Made by a program: the position numbers and the translations under genes
DNA from: Candidatus Peregrinibacteria bacterium GW2011_GWA2_33_10
Lineage (GTDB): Bacteria; Patescibacteriota; Gracilibacteria; UBA1369; GWC2-33-13
Assembly: GCA_000989565.1 (NCBI GenBank)
Contig: LBOO01000003.1
Location: 22,832-86,831, forward strand
Length of the DNA: 64,000 bases
Direction: 5' to 3'
Shown: positions 46,747-55,145 of the stretch, one piece after another
Position numbering within the stretch: the first letter of the stretch is position 1
Layout of the letters: each line of letters starts with the position of its first letter
Notes under the pieces: model-generated
Seen by the model: only the letters and a program-made list of their open reading frames with translations
What the model was told of the DNA's origin: nothing
Databases searched by the model: none

Positions 46747-47097
46747 GTGCTACCAAAAAAAAATCGATTTTCAAATAAAGATCGAATAAATGTCTTATTA
46801 AAACAAAAAAACTCCACTAAAAATGGATTTTTTGTTGTTAAAAGTATAAATAATAAAGACAAAGAACATAAATTTTGTATAATAATCAGCGGAAAATTTA
46901 AAATTAAAGCAGTTGAAAGAAATTTATTAAGGCGTAGAATCTACGATATAATCAGATTGAATTTACACGCGCTGCCTAAAATGCCTGCCAAAGATTTCGC
47001 TATAATAATTAGAAGCTGTAGTTTTAATGCCGAGTATGACGTATTGTCAAAAATGCTCATGCCCTTAATAATAAATCAATTTAATCAAACATTTTAA
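46747..47097 (+). CDS. rnpA: Ribonuclease P protein component
   Basis: 116 aa with a GTG start one nucleotide after the rpmH stop. Basic protein with an RNR-like motif (AVERNLLRRRIYD). Confidence 0.85.
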   Translation: MLPKKNRFSNKDRINVLLKQKNSTKNGFFVVKSINNKDKEHKFCIIISGKFKIKAVERNLLRRRIYDIIRLNLHALPKMPAKDFAIIIRSCSFNAEYDVLSKMLMPLIINQFNQTF

Positions 47098-47111
47098 AAT
47101 TTTTTCATTTT

Positions 47112-48344
47112 ATGCGTAAAAACTTTATTCTCATATTATTTGTTGTCCTTATTACCAGCCTTTTAATAAAAGGATTCTCCGGTGAAAAAACACAAATTCC
47201 TCAAAACTCTGAAAATAAAATAATTTTATTGACTGATAAAACTTCATACTCTCAGGGAAAAAGTATTAAAATCAACATTGTCAACCAATCCGATAAAAAA
47301 GCCGAATTAAATATTAATTGCCAAGAGCCGGGCGTAGATATTTTTCAACTTCAGGGGAACACATGGAGTCTAAAAAATACAAAAGTCGAAGCAGAAAAAC
47401 CCTGCAACCTGGAAATCCCGGCATCATCACAAAAACAAATTGATTTAAGTAATTGGAGATACCGTTTATTTTCCGAAGTCGGACAATATCAGGTAAAAAG
47501 CACAGCCTTGTTGAATAACGAAACCATTGAATTGAATTCCAATATATTCACAATTACAAAACCATCAATTTTCTCATTATTATGGAACAATTTATTATAC
47601 CGTCCGATTTATAACACCCTGATTTCTCTTGTGGCATATCTTCCGGGCCACAGCCTGGGTCTTGCTATCATACTTATTACGATTTTAATCCGTTTCATTT
47701 TATATTTCCCTTCACAAAAAGCTTTAAGATCGCAAAAAAATCTCCAAAAAATCCAGCCCAAATTAAAAGAAATTCAAAATAAATATAAAGGTAATCAGGA
47801 AAAAATCGCTTTGGAAACAATGAAATTATGGAAAGAGAATAAAGTCAATCCTTTTGGCAGCTGCCTGCCTTTAATTATTCAAATGCCGATTCTGATTGCT
47901 TTATTTTATGTGGTTCAAGGTGGCTTAAATCCCGACAATACTTTTCTCCTCTATTCTCCTTTGAAGAATATCAATATTCCAAATATAAATCATATTTTTT
48001 TGGGAATTTTGGATTTAAGTAAAAGCAACAAAGTGGTACTTCCATTAATCATTGCCGGACTTCAGTTTACACAAATGAAGCTGTCCTTAGCTTCTTCAAA
48101 TAAGAAAAATAAAGAAAAACAAAAAGATAATGACAAAAAACAGGTAGATGAAATGCAAATGATGAACAGTATGATGGTTTATTTTATGCCGATCATGATA
48201 GCTTTTTTTACAGCGAGCTTGCCTGCCGGTGTCGGTTTGTATTGGGGAGTTTCCACGCTTTTCGGAATTGTTCAGCAGTTAATCATTAACCGAGAAAAAG
48301 ATAAAAACGAGCCTGAAGTCAAAGTGATTGGAAAAAAAATATAA
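47112..48344 (+). CDS. yidC: Membrane protein insertase YidC with an N-terminal extracytoplasmic domain
   Basis: 410 aa. YRPIYNTL...GLAIILITILIRFILYFPSQKALRSQKNLQKIQPKLKEIQNKYK...NPFGSCLPLIIQMPILIALF is the YidC/Oxa1 core. Confidence 0.9.
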   Translation: MRKNFILILFVVLITSLLIKGFSGEKTQIPQNSENKIILLTDKTSYSQGKSIKINIVNQSDKKAELNINCQEPGVDIFQLQGNTWSLKNTKVEAEKPCNLEIPASSQKQIDLSNWRYRLFSEVGQYQVKSTALLNNETIELNSNIFTITKPSIFSLLWNNLLYRPIYNTLISLVAYLPGHSLGLAIILITILIRFILYFPSQKALRSQKNLQKIQPKLKEIQNKYKGNQEKIALETMKLWKENKVNPFGSCLPLIIQMPILIALFYVVQGGLNPDNTFLLYSPLKNINIPNINHIFLGILDLSKSNKVVLPLIIAGLQFTQMKLSLASSNKKNKEKQKDNDKKQVDEMQMMNSMMVYFMPIMIAFFTASLPAGVGLYWGVSTLFGIVQQLIINREKDKNEPEVKVIGKKI

Positions 48345-48380
48345 AAAATTAATAATTTACATTTCTTTACCATATAAATT

Positions 48381-48839
48381 ATGGAAAATTTAATTGAAGT
48401 CACTCTCCAAAATTTACTGCAAAAAATTTCAATCGATTATAGTAAAATTGAAATTGAAAAAATTGATGAAGCCAGATACAAAATTAATATTAACAGCACT
48501 GATTCAAGTCTTTTGATAGGTTATAACGGAGCCAGCTTAAATGCTTTGGAGCATTTATTGAATATATTGATAAAAAAAATATCCCGAAAAGATGATATAT
48601 ATATCAAAGTTGACGTAGATAGTTATCGTCATCGGCAAGAAGAAAGAATCAAAAATCTTGCGTTAAGAAAAGCGGAAATCTGTAAGAACACTGACCAGCC
48701 GCAAATTCTCGCACCTATGTCTTCTTATTATCGACGCATAATTCATCTTTATATTTCAGAAAATTTTCCAAATCTTATTACAGAGAGCATAGGAGAAGGA
48801 GAAAGACGTCAAATAGTTATCAAACTTAAAGACAGTTGA
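48381..48839 (+). CDS. jag: Jag/KhpB-type RNA-binding protein (KH + R3H)
   Basis: 152 aa. A KH-like segment (LLIGYNGASLNALEHLLN) and the R3H motif (YYRRIIHLYISE). Located after yidC. Confidence 0.85.
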   Translation: MENLIEVTLQNLLQKISIDYSKIEIEKIDEARYKININSTDSSLLIGYNGASLNALEHLLNILIKKISRKDDIYIKVDVDSYRHRQEERIKNLALRKAEICKNTDQPQILAPMSSYYRRIIHLYISENFPNLITESIGEGERRQIVIKLKDS

Positions 48840-48922
48840 TCTCAAATTTCCAGATAAGCAAAGGCAACCTTTGAAAATTGTTGCGGTAAATATTCCAGTT
48901 TTGAAAGATTAATTTTATTACT

Positions 48923-49948
48923 ATGAAAATTATGAAAAAAATATTAATTTTTACAATAAGCGTGATATTGATCATTAATTCATTTAATGCCACAAAATCA
49001 GCCAAAGCCGATTTTGAGCTGCCTTTTACTGATCTGCCAACAGAACATTCTGATTACGAAGCTATAAAATATTTATACGATAGAAATATAATTCAAGGCT
49101 ATTCTGATAATACTTTTCGGCCTGAACAAACGGTTAATAGAGCTGAAGCTTTAAAAATAATACTTATGAGTTCCAATTATCATTTTTCTGAAACCGATGA
49201 GCAAATACAACTTGTTAATGCTGAAAATGCTACTCCTGAAGTGTCAATTAACTCTGAAATAAGTGCTTTTTTGGATATCTCAGCCAAAGATTGGTATTAT
49301 CCGTACATAAAAAAAGCCAATGAAATGGATATTATTCATGGATATCCCAATGGATTTTTCTATCCGGAAAAAAGTATAAATTTATCTGAAGCTTTAAAAA
49401 TAATTTTGCTTTCATTCAGCGCGGAAATTACTCAAACTATGGTTGATAATCCATATAATGATGTTGCCGTGGAAACCTGGTATGCGCCATATTTTTCAGT
49501 ATTTCAAAACTACAAATTATTGGAAACCGATACTGATAATAATATCTATCCTAATCGGCCTGTAAGCAGAGCAATGCTGTCGAGTCTGATTTATCGTTAT
49601 ATCAAAAGGGATGAAATTAAAATTATAAATGAAAAAAAACAAGAACAAATCGAATATATTTATGGCAAGGCTACTTTTTATGGTGAAGGAGATGGATTTG
49701 ACGGCAATCATACCGCGAACGGAGAAGTATTTGATAAAAATCAATTTACCGGGGCCTCAAGAACCCTCCCTTTCAACACAAAAATTCGTGTTTACAACTT
49801 GGAGACAAATGATTATGTTGATGTTAGGATAAATGATCGCGGGCCTTATGATTATCGTTTTATTTTAGACTTGTCTGCTGAAGCGTTCAAACGTTTGGCA
49901 CCTATTTCTCGCGGATATATTCCTATTAAATATGAAATTCTAAAATGA
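48923..49948 (+). CDS. Secreted protein with three SLH-like repeats and a C-terminal RlpA-like double-psi beta-barrel
   Basis: 341 aa with a signal peptide. The repeats are FTDLPTEHSDYEAIKYLYDRNIIQGYSDNTFRPEQTVNRAEALKIIL, FLDISAKDWYYPYIKKANEMDIIHGY... and a third copy. The C-terminus GKATFYGEGDGFDGNHTANGEVFD...VRINDRGPY is RlpA/DPBB-like. Confidence 0.8.
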   Translation: MKIMKKILIFTISVILIINSFNATKSAKADFELPFTDLPTEHSDYEAIKYLYDRNIIQGYSDNTFRPEQTVNRAEALKIILMSSNYHFSETDEQIQLVNAENATPEVSINSEISAFLDISAKDWYYPYIKKANEMDIIHGYPNGFFYPEKSINLSEALKIILLSFSAEITQTMVDNPYNDVAVETWYAPYFSVFQNYKLLETDTDNNIYPNRPVSRAMLSSLIYRYIKRDEIKIINEKKQEQIEYIYGKATFYGEGDGFDGNHTANGEVFDKNQFTGASRTLPFNTKIRVYNLETNDYVDVRINDRGPYDYRFILDLSAEAFKRLAPISRGYIPIKYEILK

Positions 49949-49955
49949 TTAAGTA

Positions 49956-50309
49956 ATGTATTTAAGAAAAGCTAAAAATGTATTCAAATACCGAAAAACC
50001 ACTTTGTCTGCGCAAGTGGAAAAGAGTTCCAGAATTTTAATTATCGCGACTTTTACGATTCTTTCCTTTTTGGCGGCAATTCACCTCTATATTGGCAGTC
50101 ATACCAATGCCAAAGGTTATGTTCTGAAAGAATTGCAGGAAAAAAATGATTTGCTTTATCAACAAAGCAAAATATTGGAAAAAAAGATTATCGAAGCGAA
50201 AACTTTTACCACGATAGAAGAAAACAAAAAAACTGAAAAAATGGATAATAAGGAGCTAAAAGACGTAACGTATGTAAAGAATAATAATGTCGCGACAACG
50301 AAAAGGTGA
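49956..50309 (+). CDS. Second FtsL-like single-pass membrane protein
   Basis: 117 aa with a TM (ILIIATFTILSFLAAIHLYI). It shares the post-TM motif KGYVL[RK].L[EQ] and a coiled coil with the 24949..25305 product. Confidence 0.5.
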   Translation: MYLRKAKNVFKYRKTTLSAQVEKSSRILIIATFTILSFLAAIHLYIGSHTNAKGYVLKELQEKNDLLYQQSKILEKKIIEAKTFTTIEENKKTEKMDNKELKDVTYVKNNNVATTKR

Positions 50310-50369
50310 CTTGCGGCCGGGATTTTTAATTTTTTCAGGTTGCAGATGACTATCTATGATTGTAAGTTA

Positions 50370-50978
50370 TTACGATAGGTTGTAAGTTGGCAGTGAGAGA
50401 AAATTTTTTAGTATTTTTTTTCCTTGGGGTGTTCCGATTGATTCGGGGTGAAATTGGATGCCGAAAATGGGGTGGATTTTGTGTTGTACTGCCATTATTA
50501 TCCCGTCATCTTTGGTTTCAGCTGATATTTTTAGGTCTTTTGGAAAGTTTTCTTTTGAGCCTATTAGAGAATGATAGCGCATGGCGGGAAAAGGATTTTC
50601 AATGTTTTTAAAAATTCCGTTTTCATTATGTTTTATGAAGCTTGTTTGGCCATGCATTATTTTTGGGGCTTTTATGATTTGACCTTTAAAAGCATGAATT
50701 ATGCCTTGATGTCCCAGACAAACGCCCAGAAGTGGAATTTTCGGACCTAATTTTAAAATTACATCCAGACAAATTCCAAAGAATAATGGATTTTCAGGAT
50801 TGCCGGGACCCGGAGAAATAACTATGTGAGACGGATTTATTTTTTCAATTTCCGGAATTGTAATTTTATTGTTTTTGAAGATTTCAGGATTCGCATTTAA
50901 TTCTCCTAAATATTGATATAGGTTATATGTGAATGAATCGTAATTGTCGAGGATAAGTGTTTTCATTATTGATCTCAA
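50370..50978 (-). CDS. Class I glutamine amidotransferase, anthranilate/aminodeoxychorismate synthase component II type (TrpG/PabA)
   Basis: 202 aa. LILDNYDSFTYNL, the nucleophile elbow GVCLGHQ and the HE pair in GIQFHPES. The likely true start is the MKTLIL Met, 4 codons into the ORF. Confidence 0.88.
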   Translation of the reverse strand: MRSIMKTLILDNYDSFTYNLYQYLGELNANPEIFKNNKITIPEIEKINPSHIVISPGPGNPENPLFFGICLDVILKLGPKIPLLGVCLGHQGIIHAFKGQIIKAPKIMHGQTSFIKHNENGIFKNIENPFPAMRYHSLIGSKENFPKDLKISAETKDDGIIMAVQHKIHPIFGIQFHPESIGTPQGKKILKNFLSLPTYNLS

Positions 50979-51084
50979 AAAAATGGCAAGCTTTTGTTGA
51001 CTTTCAATGTTAGAATATATATTCTACGAATTGCCGAACCAAATTAATTTTAGTTATTTTTTAAGTTATTTCAACTTATAATTT

Positions 51085-53016
51085 ATGTCATTAGTAGAAA
51101 ATTTTGAGCAAATTATTTTAGGAAAAGATGAAGAAGGCTTTGCTTTCACTCAAGTTTACGATTATGTCGAATCTGTTGGTCAGAAAAATGAAGGAAGAAT
51201 TTTTTTTACTTTGGAGATGCCAAATAATCCATTATTGGCGGAGGAAATAGCTAAAGATATTTTTGACTGTTTAAAAGAAAATTTTTATTTGGAAATGGAT
51301 AGGGATCCTTATCTTCGATTTGAGGATTCATTAAAAAAAATCAATGAGGTTGTTTTAAAAAAGGAAAAAGAAAAAGAATTTAAATTCATTTCAAATTTAA
51401 GTATTGCGATCGGCGTTATTGCCAGAGATAATTTGTATTTAACGCAAGCCGGAGATGCGGAAGTTTATTTGGTGAGAGGAAAATATGTGAGTGTGATTAC
51501 AGAGGGGTTATCCGAAGATGATGCGGCAAATGAATTGTTCAGCAATGTCGCTAGCGGTGCTTTGGAAGATTCAGATACTGTAATTTTGAGTTCCACAAAA
51601 CTTCTTCGATATTTGACGGAAATTGATTTAAGTAAACTTTTTTCCAATTATAATCTTCCTGAAGCCTTAAAAGAACTTCGATCTTTGTTGAAGAGGGAAG
51701 TTTCCAATAAAGTGGCGATTTTAGGAATTGAAGTAAAAGAAAAAGAAATTTTGAATGAGGAGGAAAAAATTGAAACTGCCGGAATTCCCAGAGTGTCCGA
51801 TAATCGCCGGATTTTGATGAAATTAAGTTCTGTTTTGCCTGCTTTAAAAGCTAAAATTGCGAATTTAAACAGATTTGATAAACAAAAATTTCAAGATTTT
51901 TTCTTGTTTTTTAAAGGTAAAAAGAATGCAATTTTATTACTTTCCATAATAATGTTTTTAACGTTAAGTGTCAGTGTTTATAGTTTGCAGGTTAGAAGTC
52001 GCGAGAAAAAAGAGAGTACAACATATGCCGCTGATTTGCTTCACGCAAAAGAAAATGTTGATTTGGCAAAGCAAAGGTCTTACGATAAAGAAAAAGCTGG
52101 AGTATTGTTGGACGCGGCGGAGAAAAACACTTTAAAGGTTTTGCAGTCCGGATATTTAAAAGCTGAGGCTATCAAAAATTTAGAAACAATTAAGTCGCAA
52201 AGGGATATGCTTGATAACGTTATAAGGATATCTTCTGATAAATTGCGCTTGGTAGCTGATTTGAGCGGGAAAAGAAGCAATGTAAATGCTATCGGGCTAT
52301 TGTCTTATCAGGACACTTTATATGCTTTTGAATATAATGCTCTTTATAAATTACTTTTAGACAGTGCTTCCGAGCCTTTAACAATTGATGATAATGAATT
52401 TGTTGTAAGAGGAACGTATTTTGAAGATAGAGATTCTTTGGTTTTCTTAACAAAATCCGGCCAGATTATTGAATTTAAAGATGGTGTTTTTACTTTCATG
52501 GATACTGAAGATAAGGCTTGGCATTCAGGAATGGATGTTGCCGCGTATTCAGATAAATTATATGTTTTGGATGCGGAGAATAATCAGATTTGGAAATATA
52601 AAAGAAGAAGAGATAAATATAGCGTGCCGGAAAAATTTGTTTCCGAAAGTGATTTAACCGGAGCAGTTTCGATTTCAATTGACGGAAGTGTTTATTTGTT
52701 GAAATCAAATGGAATCATTGAAAATTATTATGTTGGGAAAAAGCAGGACATCACTATTGACAATCAGCCGATTGTGCCTATGGAAAAGCCGAAAGCTCTT
52801 TATACGGAAAAAGATATGGATCAAGTTTATGTATTGGAACCGGAAAAAAAGAGAGTGCTTTTGTACAATAAAGTGCCGGGGAAATTTGATTTAATTTATA
52901 ATTCTCAATATATTTTTGAAGATGTAAAGGAAGAGATTAAAGATTTTTATATAGATAAAAAAGCGCGCAAGATGTATTTACTGACTGCGGCAAAGGTTTA
53001 TGAAATGGCGATGTAA
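51085..53016 (+). CDS. Hypothetical bitopic membrane protein: degenerate PP2C-like N-domain, TM, helical linker, six C-terminal repeats
   Basis: 643 aa. LSIAIGVIARDNLYLTQAGDAEVYLVRGKY resembles the PP2C motif around GDSR, but the DGMGG site reads LEMPNN. TM at residues 281-301. There are six repeats of the type D.LY.L....Q[IV]..[YF]. Confidence 0.6.
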   Translation: MSLVENFEQIILGKDEEGFAFTQVYDYVESVGQKNEGRIFFTLEMPNNPLLAEEIAKDIFDCLKENFYLEMDRDPYLRFEDSLKKINEVVLKKEKEKEFKFISNLSIAIGVIARDNLYLTQAGDAEVYLVRGKYVSVITEGLSEDDAANELFSNVASGALEDSDTVILSSTKLLRYLTEIDLSKLFSNYNLPEALKELRSLLKREVSNKVAILGIEVKEKEILNEEEKIETAGIPRVSDNRRILMKLSSVLPALKAKIANLNRFDKQKFQDFFLFFKGKKNAILLLSIIMFLTLSVSVYSLQVRSREKKESTTYAADLLHAKENVDLAKQRSYDKEKAGVLLDAAEKNTLKVLQSGYLKAEAIKNLETIKSQRDMLDNVIRISSDKLRLVADLSGKRSNVNAIGLLSYQDTLYAFEYNALYKLLLDSASEPLTIDDNEFVVRGTYFEDRDSLVFLTKSGQIIEFKDGVFTFMDTEDKAWHSGMDVAAYSDKLYVLDAENNQIWKYKRRRDKYSVPEKFVSESDLTGAVSISIDGSVYLLKSNGIIENYYVGKKQDITIDNQPIVPMEKPKALYTEKDMDQVYVLEPEKKRVLLYNKVPGKFDLIYNSQYIFEDVKEEIKDFYIDKKARKMYLLTAAKVYEMAM

Positions 53017-53035
53017 ATCAGTTTTTTAAGAATAT

Positions 53036-53362
53036 TCAGTATTCAAGAGTGAGATCCGGATTATAAAAAAGTTCTCTTGGATTAATTCCTTTTTCACGAT
53101 AAATTAACAAGATTTTTTCTCTTATTTGATTTGCGATATGAAGTTTTTCGTCAGCTTCTTTTGAATATGCGTTATAATATTTCTTAAATTCCCAGCTAAA
53201 TTGTTTTTTAGTTTTATGTCTTCCGCCTTCGTTTTCTAAGATTTTGTCGGAAATTTGTCTTGAGATAGTAAATATCTTTTTTAAAGATTCCGGATCAGCA
53301 TTATCTTCAAGATAAGCAAAGTTAAAGTCTGTGATATTATCTTCTGATAATTCCAGTGTCAT
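53036..53362 (-). CDS. Hypothetical protein
   Basis: 108-aa ORF, hydrophilic and helical. I recognise no family. Confidence 0.45.
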   Translation of the reverse strand: MTLELSEDNITDFNFAYLEDNADPESLKKIFTISRQISDKILENEGGRHKTKKQFSWEFKKYYNAYSKEADEKLHIANQIREKILLIYREKGINPRELFYNPDLTLEY

Positions 53363-53438
53363 AGTTTTTTGTTTAAAATAAAGAAATTATTACTAAAATA
53401 TATTTTTTTATTTTTTTGTCAAGAAATTTTTGGGATTT

Positions 53439-54296
53439 TTAAATTAACCATGGATAAGCGCGGCGGATTTCTTCAATCAGGGATTCGGATTTGAATACTC
53501 CCAATTCTGTAATTATTCCCGTCATGAGGTCAGGTGAAACCGGTTCAAAGGCCGGATTGTGAATAATAATATTTTTTAGGGGATTTTCCCAAACTTCATT
53601 TGTATTTCTTTGTTCGATTTCTTCTTCAGCTCCGAATACTGTTTCAGGGTTGAATTTCCACGAATTGGTGCAGGAATAGGTAAGTACATTGTATTTGTTG
53701 GCGAATTCCAGGAGCATGTTTGTGCCAATTTTGTTGATTATTCGACCTTCGCTTGTGATCGCGTCGCAGCCGAATAAGAATAAATCAGCTTGTTTCATAG
53801 CTACTCTTCCCGCGCTATCCACAAAATGATGTACTTCGATTCCTTCATTTGCTAATTCTTCCGCGGTAATTCTACCTTGAAATTTCGGGCGGGTTTCTGT
53901 GTTGTTAACTTTAAAATTTTTTCCTTGTTTTTTTGCTTCGATAATTATTCCTGTAACCGTCGATGAATGGCAATGTGTTTGGACTATCATATTATTTTCA
54001 ATTTTTTTGGCGCCGTATTCAATAATTTTTTTTTGTGAATTTTTAAAGTATTCTATTACTTTTTCAGCGATATTTTTTTCAGTTTGATAATTTTTCAAGC
54101 AATATCTAAGCGAGTTGCGAAGTGCCGGTTCCGTGGCTCTGGCATTGGCAAGATCGACAACAGATTTTTCCAATTCTTCTTGTGATGCTTTTTCTTCCAA
54201 TTTAATTTTAAAAGCTTCAACCGCGGCAACCGCTATTTTTTGCGCGCCTTGGATTTTCAGATCTTTGATATTTTGTAAAATTTGTTGGAAAGTCAT
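53439..54296 (-). CDS. Ribose-1,5-bisphosphate isomerase (eIF-2B alpha/beta/delta-like, E2b2 type)
   Basis: 285 aa. GAQKIAVAA, THCHSSTV, ETRP..QG and FGCDAITSEGRIINKIGT match the IF-2B family core. AMP phosphorylase lies nearby. Confidence 0.75.
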   Translation of the reverse strand: MTFQQILQNIKDLKIQGAQKIAVAAVEAFKIKLEEKASQEELEKSVVDLANARATEPALRNSLRYCLKNYQTEKNIAEKVIEYFKNSQKKIIEYGAKKIENNMIVQTHCHSSTVTGIIIEAKKQGKNFKVNNTETRPKFQGRITAEELANEGIEVHHFVDSAGRVAMKQADLFLFGCDAITSEGRIINKIGTNMLLEFANKYNVLTYSCTNSWKFNPETVFGAEEEIEQRNTNEVWENPLKNIIIHNPAFEPVSPDLMTGIITELGVFKSESLIEEIRRAYPWLI

Positions 54297-54318
54297 TGTT
54301 GAAGATTAAAATTTAAAT

Positions 54319-55140
54319 TTATTTGATTTTGGATTTCGCGAATTGAAGCATGGATTTCAGTTTGTTTTCGTTGTCAGCATTAAACTCATTTTTGCCGGAA
54401 AATATCAGATTTACATTTATAATCAAGTTATTGTCCTGATGAATCAGAAAATAACCTTCTTGTTTAATTTTGTCTTCTTCAAAATTAGTAAATTTAAAAT
54501 ATACGTTTTTGGAATCTTCGGAAAGAGTTTCTGTTTTAATCAACTCTAAATTGGGGATTATTTTTCCCGGATATTCATTTGTCAATTTGTTCAGTTGTGA
54601 TATGGCTTCCATATTATTTTGATGCAGGGCATTTTCAATATTACCTATGAGATTATTATTGGCAAAATAATAGTTTTTCACTATGGCCAGTTTTTTTGTC
54701 GGATGATCAGTTAAAGCAGGTTGTGTTGTTTTGATGAAGTTATCGGCTTTAAAAACGTTTGTATTTATTTCTTCCTGACTTATAATCTCGATTGTTTTGT
54801 ATTTTGTTGTAGGTTCAATAGAAATAGTTTTTTCTTTATTTTCTTTCTCTGCAGCCTTTTTGCTTTCCTCTTTTGATGAAAATTCATTTTTGGTTAAATT
54901 TTTCTGTTTTTCATTCGAAATATTTTCATCGGATATTATATTAGAAGATTTTTCGTTTTTTTTAGGATCTTCTATAGCGGTAGATCCTTTGGAGTTTTTT
55001 TCATTTTTTGATACAGTTTCATCTTTTGTTTTTTTCTCAATTTGAAGAGATTTGCTGTAATTGGATGGATTGATGCTACAGGATGTTAGAAAAATTATTC
55101 CTAGAATTAACAGAGAGTATTTTTTTATGCTAAATGGCAT
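54319..55140 (-). CDS. Hypothetical lipoprotein with a K/E/N/S-rich linker
   Basis: 273 aa. Lipobox LTSC after a signal peptide, then a low-complexity N-terminal third and a folded C-terminal domain. Confidence 0.6.
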   Translation of the reverse strand: MPFSIKKYSLLILGIIFLTSCSINPSNYSKSLQIEKKTKDETVSKNEKNSKGSTAIEDPKKNEKSSNIISDENISNEKQKNLTKNEFSSKEESKKAAEKENKEKTISIEPTTKYKTIEIISQEEINTNVFKADNFIKTTQPALTDHPTKKLAIVKNYYFANNNLIGNIENALHQNNMEAISQLNKLTNEYPGKIIPNLELIKTETLSEDSKNVYFKFTNFEEDKIKQEGYFLIHQDNNLIINVNLIFSGKNEFNADNENKLKSMLQFAKSKIK

Positions 55141-55145
55141 TTTTA

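Noticed and set aside
48840-48922. Possible riboswitch (e.g. the cyclic-di-AMP/ydaO type found upstream of wall hydrolase genes) before the SLH-RlpA gene
   Set aside because: The spacer is only 83 nt, AT-rich, and has a single 6-bp hairpin. That is too short and unstructured for that riboswitch class.
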